DNA of 64,000 bases from Desulfomonilia bacterium (GCA_963664325.2 CAXXDQ010000003.1:1088001-1152000); one strand, 5' to 3'; positions 43,710 through 53,317 are shown, counted from the stretch's first letter. The notes: generated by a model from the letters alone, not told the origin. A program made the numbers and translations.

Positions 43710-45008
43710 ATGCCTAGCTCTGTGAGCACAAGGGGTGTTCTTTTTGACGGTATTGCTCCGTCCGAACAGGCACTTCTGGATCAGATCGAAATAGAAGAAA
43801 GACAAGGGTCTGTTTTTGTAAAGTGCCCGAACCTTTTTATAGAGCAGCATGTCAAGCGCACTTATGCCGAAAGGATCAGGAAGGCCTTTGGCAGGGAAGT
43901 TGAGTTCGGCATCGCAGGGAGATCACCTGAACCGCATAAATCAGTAAACAGGCCTGTACAGATGATGCTTCCTGATACGGCACCGATGGCAGTGGGGGTC
44001 AATCCCAAGTTCACATTTGATAATTTCGTCGTCGGGAACTGCAACTCGTTTGCTTATCAGGCGGCACAGGCTGTAGTGGATGAAGGGACCAGATATTCCC
44101 CTCTTTATTATTATTCCGATACGGGGCTTGGGAAGAGCCATATTGCACATGCAATAGGAAACGGATTTATAAAAAGGAAAAAAGGTATAAAGGCAAAATA
44201 CACAACCGCCCAGGACTTTTCACAGGAGTACGTGTACGCAGTAAGGAACGACTGCCTCGAAAAATTCAAGAGGACCTACAGATGCGGGCTGGACCTGCTG
44301 TTTATTGATGATGTCCATGTTTTTTCGAGCAAGGAAAAAACGCAGATGGAGGTGTCTTCACTGCTCGATGACATCATGGCTCTGGGCACCCAGGTAGTAT
44401 TCGCAGGATACAGACCGCCAGGGACCATTCAGCAGCTTGACAAGGGGCTGAAGTCAAGAATGTCTTCGGGACTCATGATACATATCAAATCGCCTGACCT
44501 CCTGACAAGAGCGGCAATTGTCAGGGCCAAGGCCGGCGCCGAGAGCATCGTTATGCCTGATGAGGTTGTGGATTTCATTAGCGGTACTGTTGTCAGCAAT
44601 ATCAGGGACCTTGAAAGTGCCGTTATGACGGTAATAGCAATGGCATCGCTCATGAAGCGCGAGATAAATATGGATATCGTAAAAGAAGCGCTTGAAGGTA
44701 CGGTAACAAGAAGGACACGGATAGACATACCCTTTATCCAGGAAGTTGTTTCAAAAAATTTCGGTGTTGACAGGACAGCCCTTGTATCGCCTTCAAGGAA
44801 AAAGGAAATTGCCTATCCCAGACAGATTGCGATTTACCTGTGCAGGCAGTACACCAGGGATTCCCTGCAGATGATAGGCGAGGCGTTCGGCAGAAAGCAT
44901 TCATCCGTCATCCATACGCTGGAAGTCATGGATGCTCAGTACAGGGACAACCTTAAGACGAAGAAGGAAGTGGATTTTATTATGGAGAAGATAGAGTCCG
45001 GGGTCTGA
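43710..45008 (+). CDS. DnaA-family AAA+ protein (divergent second DnaA homologue)
   Basis: KFTFDNFVVG; Walker A SDTGLGKS; Walker B IDD; LKSR, NIRDLE; domain IV PRQIAIYL...IGEAFGRKHSSV. No dnaN adjacent. Confidence 0.9.
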   Translation: MPSSVSTRGVLFDGIAPSEQALLDQIEIEERQGSVFVKCPNLFIEQHVKRTYAERIRKAFGREVEFGIAGRSPEPHKSVNRPVQMMLPDTAPMAVGVNPKFTFDNFVVGNCNSFAYQAAQAVVDEGTRYSPLYYYSDTGLGKSHIAHAIGNGFIKRKKGIKAKYTTAQDFSQEYVYAVRNDCLEKFKRTYRCGLDLLFIDDVHVFSSKEKTQMEVSSLLDDIMALGTQVVFAGYRPPGTIQQLDKGLKSRMSSGLMIHIKSPDLLTRAAIVRAKAGAESIVMPDEVVDFISGTVVSNIRDLESAVMTVIAMASLMKREINMDIVKEALEGTVTRRTRIDIPFIQEVVSKNFGVDRTALVSPSRKKEIAYPRQIAIYLCRQYTRDSLQMIGEAFGRKHSSVIHTLEVMDAQYRDNLKTKKEVDFIMEKIESGV

Positions 45009-45015
45009 GCCTGAT

Positions 45016-45138
45016 TTCCGCTTCGCATTCAAGCGCTTCCTTTGTCGGCTGCGTCGGAATGCTCCTCGACATACGTCAAAGTATGCCTGCGTTGCTTCCT
45101 CCTTGCTTTCGCGGCAGCATCTTGAATGAATAGCGGAA
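45016..45138. repeat. Palindromic non-coding element (REPIN/MITE-like)
   Basis: 18-bp terminal inverted repeats TTCCGCTtcgCATTCAAG / CTTGAATGaatAGCGGAA; central hairpin CATAC-gtcaaa-GTATG. Confidence 0.65.
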
Positions 45139-45161
45139 TAAACAGGGCAGGGCGTGATAGC

Positions 45162-45241
45162 TTTGATTCGGGCTATGAAGGCCCTCATCCTTCGGGTGCG
45201 ACTACGTCGCGTCAATTTTTGTGATGCAAAAATTTGCATCC
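45162..45241. repeat. Multi-hairpin REP-like element
   Basis: GGGC..GCCC, CATCC-TTC-GGGTG, GCGAC-TAC-GTCGC and GATGCAAA-AA-TTTGCATC in series. Confidence 0.5.
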
Positions 45242-45588
45242 TATTGACATTTTCTTGTCTCATCATTCCGGCTTATAATGAGTTATTGAGCTGTCGAGCC
45301 GTTAAGTAAAACCTTTATTAAGAGTTTGATCCTGCTTATCAGCTGATGAAAATGTCTCTGTCCTCGGCCTGCCTTGTTCCGACATACTGCAAGTTAATCA
45401 GGAAAGATGCTTATTGGATATTTCAAAATGTAGCATGTGAAGGATTATGGCCAGCGCTTGTTGGTATAGTGCGGCAGTTGTATCTTTTTGCGGTGCAATT
45501 TGATAAAAATGGCCCAATGGAAATAAATAATACCGGCGGGCTGAAGGAAACCACGCAACAGTCATAAGCCGCATCAAAGGCGGAAGAT

Positions 45589-46248
45589 ATGGCCAAAATA
45601 AAGAAAGTCGAGGGTTCAAGAAACAACGTTTCATCAGGCAGCAGGTATAACAAAACGCCCTATACGATTGCCGACAACAGCGCCTTTCATGGACTTGACG
45701 AACTGCGGGTGCTGTTGCCGGATGATGATAGCAGGCTCCTTATTCTCGAAGACAAGTTTCTTCTGCGCGACGCAAGCCTGATGATAAAGATGCAGAAAGA
45801 CCTGTTCCGTTTATATGGCGGAGAGCAACCACACCGCTCCCCAAAAGAAACCAGGCCCCGCAAAGAGCCGCCGAAACTGACGAAATCAATCGATCCGGAG
45901 GTGCTTAAAGAACGCCTGTTTGTACTGATTGAAAATGAAGAGCCTTATCTTGAGGAAGGCTTGACCTTGGCTTCGCTTGCACATGCCATTGATATCGAAC
46001 CTCATCAGCTTACCCTTTTTTTAAACCGCCATTTGAAAACCAATTTCCACGATTTCATCAATGCATACCGGATTGAGGCTGCGAAAAAACTCCTTGTGAA
46101 CGAACCGTCTGATAAAATCCTGGCCATTGCGTTCAGGACCGGCTTTAATTCAAAGGCCAGTTTTAACCGCGTTTTCAGGAAGATTACTGGCCTGACTCCG
46201 AGCCAGTACCGTAAGAAGACAGCTGAACCGCCTGAGGATTCCAGGTAA
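45589..46248 (+). CDS. AraC-family transcriptional regulator
   Basis: PYLEEGLTLASLA...NFHDFINAYRIEAAK...GFNSKASFNRVFRKITGLTPSQYR. Confidence 0.9.
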   Translation: MAKIKKVEGSRNNVSSGSRYNKTPYTIADNSAFHGLDELRVLLPDDDSRLLILEDKFLLRDASLMIKMQKDLFRLYGGEQPHRSPKETRPRKEPPKLTKSIDPEVLKERLFVLIENEEPYLEEGLTLASLAHAIDIEPHQLTLFLNRHLKTNFHDFINAYRIEAAKKLLVNEPSDKILAIAFRTGFNSKASFNRVFRKITGLTPSQYRKKTAEPPEDSR

Positions 46249-46282
46249 TCCATTCAGTCCTGATCGGAAAAATTTTAAAACA

Positions 46283-46309
46283 TCGTCTCAATTTATTAAC
46301 TTGAGACGA
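46283..46309. promoter_or_regulatory. Inverted-repeat operator candidate
   Basis: Perfect TCGTCTCAA-N9-TTGAGACGA between the AraC gene and the next gene. Confidence 0.65.
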
Positions 46310-46363
46310 CAGACTTTATTTTCAGGCTCATTGCTGGCTGTATACTGTTTTTGTTGAAAGGGG

Positions 46364-46885
46364 ATGAGAATGAAGTTGCTCGATAAACTTGATAAAAAAC
46401 AAATCAGGGAATTTTTTTCAAAAGGATGGATGACCCATGATGCTATGTGGCTGTATCACTGCATGAAGGAACTGGGACCGGAAAAGGCAAACGAAATCAA
46501 TATTTCAGCGGTACATTCCATGTCCCTTGTCGAGATTAAAAGAATTCTTAAACTCATGGGCCGGAGCAATGAACCTGTACTGACATATGCCGAGCTTGAG
46601 GAGATCATCGATACGACTTACAAGCTGATACAGCCTGAATTCATGAAGCTCTACTATGGATTTCCGGAAAAGAACCTGTTCAGGGGCGGATTTCATGAAT
46701 GCTTTGCTTATGAGGGGGTGAAAAAGTTCGGGATGCAGGATGTCTACCGGTGCGGAATTCTTGAAAGGGTGAAGGGATGGTTTGAAGGAATGGGTGTGAA
46801 ATATGAAATGACCCCGGAGATTACCGGCTGCCTCATGCGAACCGGAGGCAAGTGCGAAGTGGAGTTCCGGACCAGGCTGGCCTGA
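46364..46885 (+). CDS. V4R/DUF6125-like Cys-containing protein
   Basis: WMTHDAMW; spaced cysteines EC...CG...GCL...KCE typical of V4R-like folds. Confidence 0.65.
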   Translation: MRMKLLDKLDKKQIREFFSKGWMTHDAMWLYHCMKELGPEKANEINISAVHSMSLVEIKRILKLMGRSNEPVLTYAELEEIIDTTYKLIQPEFMKLYYGFPEKNLFRGGFHECFAYEGVKKFGMQDVYRCGILERVKGWFEGMGVKYEMTPEITGCLMRTGGKCEVEFRTRLA

Positions 46886-46942
46886 CAAATGATAACAGAG
46901 ACCGTGGTGAAATTCTCAATAGGCTATAAAGAAGGAGACTGT

Positions 46943-47365
46943 ATGATGCGAAAACGAACGCTTCAGGTTGATTTGTCAATTGCGGTTAAGACGTACGACA
47001 TTGATTTCCTGGGTATTGTCAGCAACATCTCGTATATTCGCTGGCTGGAAGATTTGCGGCTACGTATGCTGGAAGTTCATTATCCTCTGCAACAGCTTGT
47101 TTCGGAATTGATCGTGCCAGTTCTTACTCGGACTCATATCGAATACAGGCGGCCTGTCAGAATGCATGATAAGGTTACCGGAAGCCTCTGGATGGAGAAA
47201 TTCGACTCTTCGGGCTGGATTGCTGATGCTGAATTCATGGTTAACGGCAAAATCGCTGCTACTGCAAGCCAGAGTGGTGTGTTTATCAATATCGGGACCA
47301 TGAAACCCGCTAAACCGCCGGAAGGTCTGCAAAAGAAGTTTGACGAGGAGATTCGCGGATCATAG
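46943..47365 (+). CDS. Acyl-CoA thioesterase (hot-dog fold, YbgC/FadM-like)
   Basis: DIDFLGIVSNISYIRWLEDLR, IEYRRP; AAGGAG RBS. Confidence 0.88.
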   Translation: MMRKRTLQVDLSIAVKTYDIDFLGIVSNISYIRWLEDLRLRMLEVHYPLQQLVSELIVPVLTRTHIEYRRPVRMHDKVTGSLWMEKFDSSGWIADAEFMVNGKIAATASQSGVFINIGTMKPAKPPEGLQKKFDEEIRGS

Positions 47366-47668
47366 GAAAAATATAAAGTCCCGGGAGCATGTTTTAACGT
47401 TCAGGTTAAAATAAACAGCATGCTGATTAATCCCGGAAAAGCCAAACGCAAATCCGTTGTACCGAGGTGTGTTTCGTCTGTAACCGGGACCGAGATGAAT
47501 GTGATACTTAAGGGTGTCAAAGAGGGCCTGAAAGGTATAGAATAACCTGAAGACATTACTATTCCACCTTGTTTATGAATAAAGGGAGCTGGTTTCATTC
47601 CTCCTCGGGCACATGAAAGGGATAAAACCAAATTTTATTTCTACAGGTAGTGCTGAAAGCGAGGGCTT

Positions 47669-48592
47669 ATGAATGAAAAAATAATAGACATGCATACACA
47701 CCTGGGCAATATTCTCTATCCCGGAGGAGGAGAACTTATAGAGAAAAAAGGCATAAAGAAGGACATCAAATTCGACATAATCACACTTTCAGAAAAGATG
47801 CTGCACTTTGATCTGGGCGACAAGTCAATGGAGCGTAAAATGTTTGGTAAGTGGATAACACTTGCCGAAAGGGCAAGAAACCTTACCGCAACAAGAGAGA
47901 ATATGCGCCGCTCAATGGATGAAGCCGGAGTTCTGGCGAATGCAGTTATGCCTGTACCGCCTTATGTAAATTTTTCAGACCTTGCCGGGGCAGCCAAAAA
48001 GGATGGCGGGATTCTCCCGTTTACCGGCATCGATTTTTCTCAATCTTCGGATGCCATTGACTTGCAGCTTGAAGCAGATGTTAAAGCGGGTGCCAAAGGG
48101 TTGAAACTCCACCCCGTTATCCAGAAGGAGAAACTTACCAGCGCTAAAACCATGACAGCGATTGAGTCTTTCATGCGTTATAACCTTCCTGTCTTATGCC
48201 ATTGCGGGATGTCATCCTATTACCCCTTGAACGAACACTACATGGAAGAATCCTTATACGGTGAGATATTTTATATCAGAAATCTCGCCCGCGCGTTTCC
48301 AGAAGTCAGGTTCATAGCAGGCCACTCTGGACTGTATGAGGTGGAGGACGCCATAAATATGCTGCATCCCTATGGCAATGTATACATGGAAATATCCTTC
48401 CAGAATCCCAGGACTATCCGAAGGCTTATAAAGACATTCGGCCCGGAAAGGATTCTATATGGAACGGATTGGCCCTGGGGCGACAGGCTCACGGCGGTAA
48501 AGTGCGTGCAGCGCGCATGCGGTAAGGACAAGATAATGGCCGGACGCATCTTTTATGAGAATGCAGCGGAACTCCTGTATATTAATGAATGA
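47669..48592 (+). CDS. Amidohydrolase_2 family protein
   Basis: IDMHTH, GLKLHP, HCG, AGHSG, YGTDWP. Confidence 0.9.
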   Translation: MNEKIIDMHTHLGNILYPGGGELIEKKGIKKDIKFDIITLSEKMLHFDLGDKSMERKMFGKWITLAERARNLTATRENMRRSMDEAGVLANAVMPVPPYVNFSDLAGAAKKDGGILPFTGIDFSQSSDAIDLQLEADVKAGAKGLKLHPVIQKEKLTSAKTMTAIESFMRYNLPVLCHCGMSSYYPLNEHYMEESLYGEIFYIRNLARAFPEVRFIAGHSGLYEVEDAINMLHPYGNVYMEISFQNPRTIRRLIKTFGPERILYGTDWPWGDRLTAVKCVQRACGKDKIMAGRIFYENAAELLYINE

Positions 48593-48670
48593 TCTTTTCA
48601 TGAATTCCCAAATCACTGTCAGACAGATGCCATGTAGTATATTTTATCTTTTCATATATCTTTCCCGGCG

Positions 48671-48723
48671 TTGACATGTCATTTATTGGAGAGTAAAAGA
48701 GAATGAACGTTCATTCTCTTTTA
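48671..48723 (+). promoter_or_regulatory. Sigma70 promoter overlapped by a perfect 30-bp palindromic operator
   Basis: TTGACA at 48671; TAAAAGAGAATGAAC|GTTCATTCTCTTTTA at 48694-48723 begins 17 bp downstream. Confidence 0.85.
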
Positions 48724-48775
48724 TCAAAAACAAAAACTTTCCTCGGGAAAGAAAACATTTTATGGAGGTTCGGAT

Positions 48776-49885
48776 ATGAAGATACTGGTACTTGGCGGCG
48801 CAGGCGATATGGCGATGGATGTCCTTGATGAACTGGGCAAGGAAAAAAAGGTCAAGCTTATAACCATTGCTGACCTTAATCTGGAAAGGGCGAACAAAGA
48901 GGCATCAAACAGGGGAAAGCCTTTTACCGCATGCAGGCTGGATGTCAATGAAAGCGCAAATGTGATCGAGCTTATGAAGCAGCATGACATAACTCTGGGA
49001 TTTGCAGGGCCGTTTTACTATTTTGAAAAGAAAATAGCTGAAATGGCTATTGAAGCAGGCAAACCCTATGTGTCAATTGCCGATGACTATGAATCTTATC
49101 TGGATGTCATAACTCTGGAGGAGAAGGCAAAGGAGAAGGGTGTTCATATACTCACCGGCTGGGGCAATTCTCCGGGCATGACACAGGCCCTTGCAAAGAA
49201 AGGCTACATTTCCATGGATGAGCCCAAACGCATAAACGTTCACTGGGCGGCAGGCTCCAACGAAGCCGCCGGTCCGGCCAATCTGACGCACCTTTTCAAT
49301 ATATTCCAGGGTACATGCAGGCAGACCATACGGGGCAAAGAGGTTGAAGTCCCGTCAGGCAGCGGCCGGAAGGTCGTCAGATTCCCGTTCCCCATGGGCG
49401 AACTGCCGGTATATTATACCGGACACGGAGAGAGCGTATCCATGCCGCGCAATATGCCCGGCCTTGAGGAAGCCACCCTTCACGGAGGCGTCCAGCCGGC
49501 CTATATCCCGCTTCTGGTTATGGGACTGAGCAAATTCGGCCTGATGAACACACATGAAAAAAGAAAGAAACTGGCCAATTTCTTCTACAAGATCGAGAGT
49601 ATATTCGGTTCCGGCGGTCTGGACAAATCGGTAGGCCGTGTAGATATTTACGGTATAGACAAAGGAAAGACGGCGCACCGCACCTATACATACATAGGAC
49701 ACATCGGGAAGATAACCTCTATTCCCTGTGCTGTTGCAGCAATATGGGAGTTGACCGGAAAGTTCAAGAAAAAACCAGGCGGGGTCTATTCACCGGACAG
49801 GATTCTCGATAATCCCGATGAATTCCTGGCTGAACTGATGCGCCGTGGCGTTGAAATATTCTTCTACGAGGAAGGGCTCGACTAG
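48776..49885 (+). CDS. Saccharopine-dehydrogenase-like NAD(P)-dependent oxidoreductase
   Basis: VLGGAGDM, AGPFY, GWGNSPG, HGESV, GGVYSP. Confidence 0.88.
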   Translation: MKILVLGGAGDMAMDVLDELGKEKKVKLITIADLNLERANKEASNRGKPFTACRLDVNESANVIELMKQHDITLGFAGPFYYFEKKIAEMAIEAGKPYVSIADDYESYLDVITLEEKAKEKGVHILTGWGNSPGMTQALAKKGYISMDEPKRINVHWAAGSNEAAGPANLTHLFNIFQGTCRQTIRGKEVEVPSGSGRKVVRFPFPMGELPVYYTGHGESVSMPRNMPGLEEATLHGGVQPAYIPLLVMGLSKFGLMNTHEKRKKLANFFYKIESIFGSGGLDKSVGRVDIYGIDKGKTAHRTYTYIGHIGKITSIPCAVAAIWELTGKFKKKPGGVYSPDRILDNPDEFLAELMRRGVEIFFYEEGLD

Positions 49886-49959
49886 AAGAAGCGCATAAGC
49901 AAAACAGGTTTGATAGCCCGTGTCTCTTAAAAAGGATACGGGCTTGTTAAGGAGACCGT

Positions 49960-51696
49960 ATGCACTATGACCTCATCATCTGTAACGGGACCATTGTTGA
50001 TGGAAGCGGTAAAAAAAGATTCACTGGCGATATAGCCGTCAAGGACAAAAGAATCGCTGAAATAGGCAGTCTCGCAGGTGCAACGGCGGACATCGAGATC
50101 GACGCCGCAAAAAAGGTGGTCTGTCCCGGTTTTATCGACATACATTCGCATATCGATTTTACCGTTGCCGGCGAGAATCATGCGGACTTGCTCAAGCCCC
50201 TTATTATGCAGGGGGTGACGACCGTGGTCGGCGGCAATTGCGGTTTTTCAAGCTGTTATGTCCCGGACAAAAACCGCGACATGACATTGACCTATCTGGA
50301 GAACCTTTCGGGACAGTCGCAAAAGGAGATCGTTGACTGGCGGACGCCCGCGGAATTCTTCAGCAGGCTCGAAAGCAAGGGAATACTTGTGAACCTGGGC
50401 ACGCTGGTAGGGCACGGTTCCCTGAGGATAGCGGCTTCAGGCCTGGTTACAAGGCTGCTTGAACCCGATGAGATGTCCCTGATGGAACGGTACCTTGAAG
50501 AGTCTCTGGAAATGGGTTGCCTCGGGCTTTCCACCGGGCTGCAGTATTTCCCCGGACTTCAGAGCGATACTGAGGAACTGACCAGGCTTGGCGCCATCGT
50601 TAAACGCATCGGCGGGATATTCACCTCGCACATGCGAAGCTATTCCCATACCATAGATAAGTCGATCGACGAGGTGAGCGAAGTCGGCAGGCGCAGCGGC
50701 ATCCCGGTTCAGATATCGCACCTCTACTGGCAGCCGTATTCAAAGGGACTGGGATGGGTAACCAGAAATGCCATAAAATTCGGTTCCTTTGCCTACAACA
50801 AAATGAACATTCCCATACCGATAGAAAAGGGGTTGGCGAAGATAATAGGCATGATTGACGCTAAACGAAACCAGGGCGTGGACATGGCCTTTGACCTCGT
50901 GCCCACCTCCCAGGGGTTTACCGAACTGTTCGCCTTTCTGCCGCCTTACGTTTCGCAGGGCAGCAAGTCCGAGGCGCTTGAGAGACTGGCAGATGCCGGT
51001 TTCAGAAAGAAGGTCTTGTACGACATTTTCAATGTGGAGCCTGACTGGCCTCACAGGGACGGTGCAACATGGTCTTTCAACTACCTCAAAATGACCGGAT
51101 GGGAAGGCCTGCGAGTTATGGCCGTTATGACCCCGGAAAACAACTGGATGGAAGGCCTGACCTTTGAGGAGATAGGGAAGTCTCTCGGGAAGGAGCCTTT
51201 TGACGCCCTGTGCGACCTGTTGATCAATGAAAAAGGCCAGGTCATGGTTTTTCATACCCCGCTCAAGCCCGACGACCCGTTTGCGTTCCGTTCCATGTGG
51301 CTGGGGTTCATGCATCCGTTCTCAGTTCCGGCAACTGATACCATTCTCAGGCCCATCGGGAGGCCGGCTCATGTGTTCTATGACTGTTTCCCGCGCTTCA
51401 TTTCATTTTTCGCAAAAGACAGGCCCATGATGACGCTTGAAGAGGCGGTGCGCAAGACCACGTCCCTGCCGGCAGCCATCATGCGCATAAAGAACAGGGG
51501 TGTCCTTGAAAAAGGCGCGTTTGCCGACATAACAATATTCGATTTTGATAAACTTGCTACAAAGGCAAACTTTTATAAACCGGATGTATACCCGGACGGC
51601 ATCGAGACCGTAATCATCAACGGCAGACCCGTCCTATTTTCTGGCCAGTTCAATAAAGATGTTCTTGCGGGTGCCGTCATAAGGGGTAATGAGTAA
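49960..51696 (+). CDS. N-acyl-D-amino-acid deacylase family amidohydrolase
   Basis: CPGFIDIHSH, QGVTTVVGGNCG, GLSTGLQY, SHMRS, QISH, LEEAVRKTTSLPA. Confidence 0.92.
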   Translation: MHYDLIICNGTIVDGSGKKRFTGDIAVKDKRIAEIGSLAGATADIEIDAAKKVVCPGFIDIHSHIDFTVAGENHADLLKPLIMQGVTTVVGGNCGFSSCYVPDKNRDMTLTYLENLSGQSQKEIVDWRTPAEFFSRLESKGILVNLGTLVGHGSLRIAASGLVTRLLEPDEMSLMERYLEESLEMGCLGLSTGLQYFPGLQSDTEELTRLGAIVKRIGGIFTSHMRSYSHTIDKSIDEVSEVGRRSGIPVQISHLYWQPYSKGLGWVTRNAIKFGSFAYNKMNIPIPIEKGLAKIIGMIDAKRNQGVDMAFDLVPTSQGFTELFAFLPPYVSQGSKSEALERLADAGFRKKVLYDIFNVEPDWPHRDGATWSFNYLKMTGWEGLRVMAVMTPENNWMEGLTFEEIGKSLGKEPFDALCDLLINEKGQVMVFHTPLKPDDPFAFRSMWLGFMHPFSVPATDTILRPIGRPAHVFYDCFPRFISFFAKDRPMMTLEEAVRKTTSLPAAIMRIKNRGVLEKGAFADITIFDFDKLATKANFYKPDVYPDGIETVIINGRPVLFSGQFNKDVLAGAVIRGNE

Positions 51697-51713
51697 AACG
51701 TTAGTGGGAAGGG

Positions 51714-52553
51714 GTGAAGATTATGCGAAATCTGCAGGGTAAAACGGCTATCGTAACCGGGGCGGCAGGCGGCATAGGGACACAGGTCGCAAGGCTTTTT
51801 AATTTAAAAGGTATAAACCTGGTGCTTACCGACATCAATAAGGCAGGTCTTGAGAAGACCGCAGGACAGGTTTCCGGCTCACCGCTTCTTTTTGCTTGCG
51901 ACATCACGGATAAAAATGAAGTTAGAAACCTTGTAACCGGGTCAGTGAAACGTTTCGGGACCGTCGACATTCTGGTGAACAATGCAGGCATAATCATCCC
52001 CTCCCTGTTTGAGGACAGCTCTTATGAAGATATCGAAAAACAGCTCAGGATAAATTTCATGGGGGCCCTAACGTGTTCGCGGGAGGTGATCCCTGTAATG
52101 AAAAAGGCCGGCAGCGGGCATATAGCAACCGTGTCATCAATGGCCGGGATCGTGCCGGAGACCTACAGTTCCATATATACGGCCACCAAATTCGCGCTCA
52201 GGGGATTTAACCTGACTCTAAATTGCGAGCTGAAAAAACACAAGATAGGCGTGTCCACAATATTCCCGGATTCCGTTGCTACGCCCATGCTCCGCTATGA
52301 GGCCAGCCACGGCGGCTCGCCGCTCACCTTCCTTTCTCCGCCGCAGGAGCCGGTGGTCGTGGCTCAGGCCATTCTTAAGGCCATATTGAAGAACAAGGCC
52401 GAGATATATTGCCCGACTTCCACTGGTGTATTCTCAAAGGCCATTATGTGCTGGCCGTGGGCCGTGACAAAGATATGGCCGGTTCTCGAATATATGGGCA
52501 ACAGAAACAGGCCCGTTGTTGAAAAGAAACTCATGGAAACGATCCCTGAATGA
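51714..52553 (+). CDS. Short-chain dehydrogenase/reductase
   Basis: TGAAGGIG, NNAG, YxxxK (YTATK). Confidence 0.94.
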   Translation: MKIMRNLQGKTAIVTGAAGGIGTQVARLFNLKGINLVLTDINKAGLEKTAGQVSGSPLLFACDITDKNEVRNLVTGSVKRFGTVDILVNNAGIIIPSLFEDSSYEDIEKQLRINFMGALTCSREVIPVMKKAGSGHIATVSSMAGIVPETYSSIYTATKFALRGFNLTLNCELKKHKIGVSTIFPDSVATPMLRYEASHGGSPLTFLSPPQEPVVVAQAILKAILKNKAEIYCPTSTGVFSKAIMCWPWAVTKIWPVLEYMGNRNRPVVEKKLMETIPE

Positions 52554-52623
52554 AAAGGGGAAGACAAAATAGAATATATAATTGATTCCGGCAACGGATT
52601 GACCTGGCCTAAGTAGAAGATAT

Positions 52624-52633
52624 TGACCGGTCA
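52624..52633. promoter_or_regulatory. Palindrome upstream of the TetR gene (possible autoregulatory site)
   Basis: TGACCGGTCA. Confidence 0.4.
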
Positions 52634-52681
52634 CATGTTATGAAATACCGGAATCAAAACGCCAAACACCGTGGAGATGAT

Positions 52682-53317
52682 ATGCAGCCGACTTTTCTCA
52701 AACTTCCCGGCAACCGGCAGGAAACAATTTTGGATGCCGCGGCCGGGGTGTTTGCCGAGATGGGGTACAGCGGGTCGAATATTCCGAGCATATGCAAAAG
52801 GGCCGGGATTTCAACGGGCGCCCTGTATAAATATTTCAAGAACAAGGAAGCGCTCTTCCGTGCCGTTCTCGATCATGGCGTGGACATAATCCATTCCTAT
52901 TACGACAACTTCGAAACAGGCGGGCGCCCGGTCTTTGATTCAATAAGGGACCTGTTTTACCTGCAGACGCCGTTTGCCGGGAAATACCGTTCATATCTCA
53001 TCATATACATAGATATAGGCAGCTCTTCCATGAACGCCGTTACCGATTATATATCGGACCGTGTGGAGAATATAGGGCGCGATTTTTTTTATAAACTTGT
53101 TAAAGAGGGAAAAAAGCGGGGCGAGATTAATAAACGCATAGACAGCATGCACGCTGCCTATATGATCGACAACTATGTTACACTTAATGTCTATTCCCTG
53201 GTGTCCGAGCACTACCGCAAGCGGTTTGACCGTTTTTTCAGCAGGGTAAGCCGTGATCTGAGCCAGGAGCAGAGGATAGACCTGATAATAAAATCCTTAA
53301 AGATGTTTCTTGAATAA
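52682..53317 (+). CDS. TetR/AcrR-family transcriptional regulator
   Basis: ILDAAAGVFAEMGY...AGISTGALYKYFKNKEALF; start after a GGAGA RBS. Confidence 0.93.
   Translation: MQPTFLKLPGNRQETILDAAAGVFAEMGYSGSNIPSICKRAGISTGALYKYFKNKEALFRAVLDHGVDIIHSYYDNFETGGRPVFDSIRDLFYLQTPFAGKYRSYLIIYIDIGSSSMNAVTDYISDRVENIGRDFFYKLVKEGKKRGEINKRIDSMHAAYMIDNYVTLNVYSLVSEHYRKRFDRFFSRVSRDLSQEQRIDLIIKSLKMFLE

Noticed and set aside
45321-45334. AGAGTTTGATCCTG, identical to the start of the 16S rRNA 27F primer site
   Set aside because: The match stops after 14 nt and no rRNA sequence follows; most likely chance.
45343-45349. CTGATGA hammerhead-ribozyme core
   Set aside because: No stem II followed by GAAA and no flanking helices could be built.
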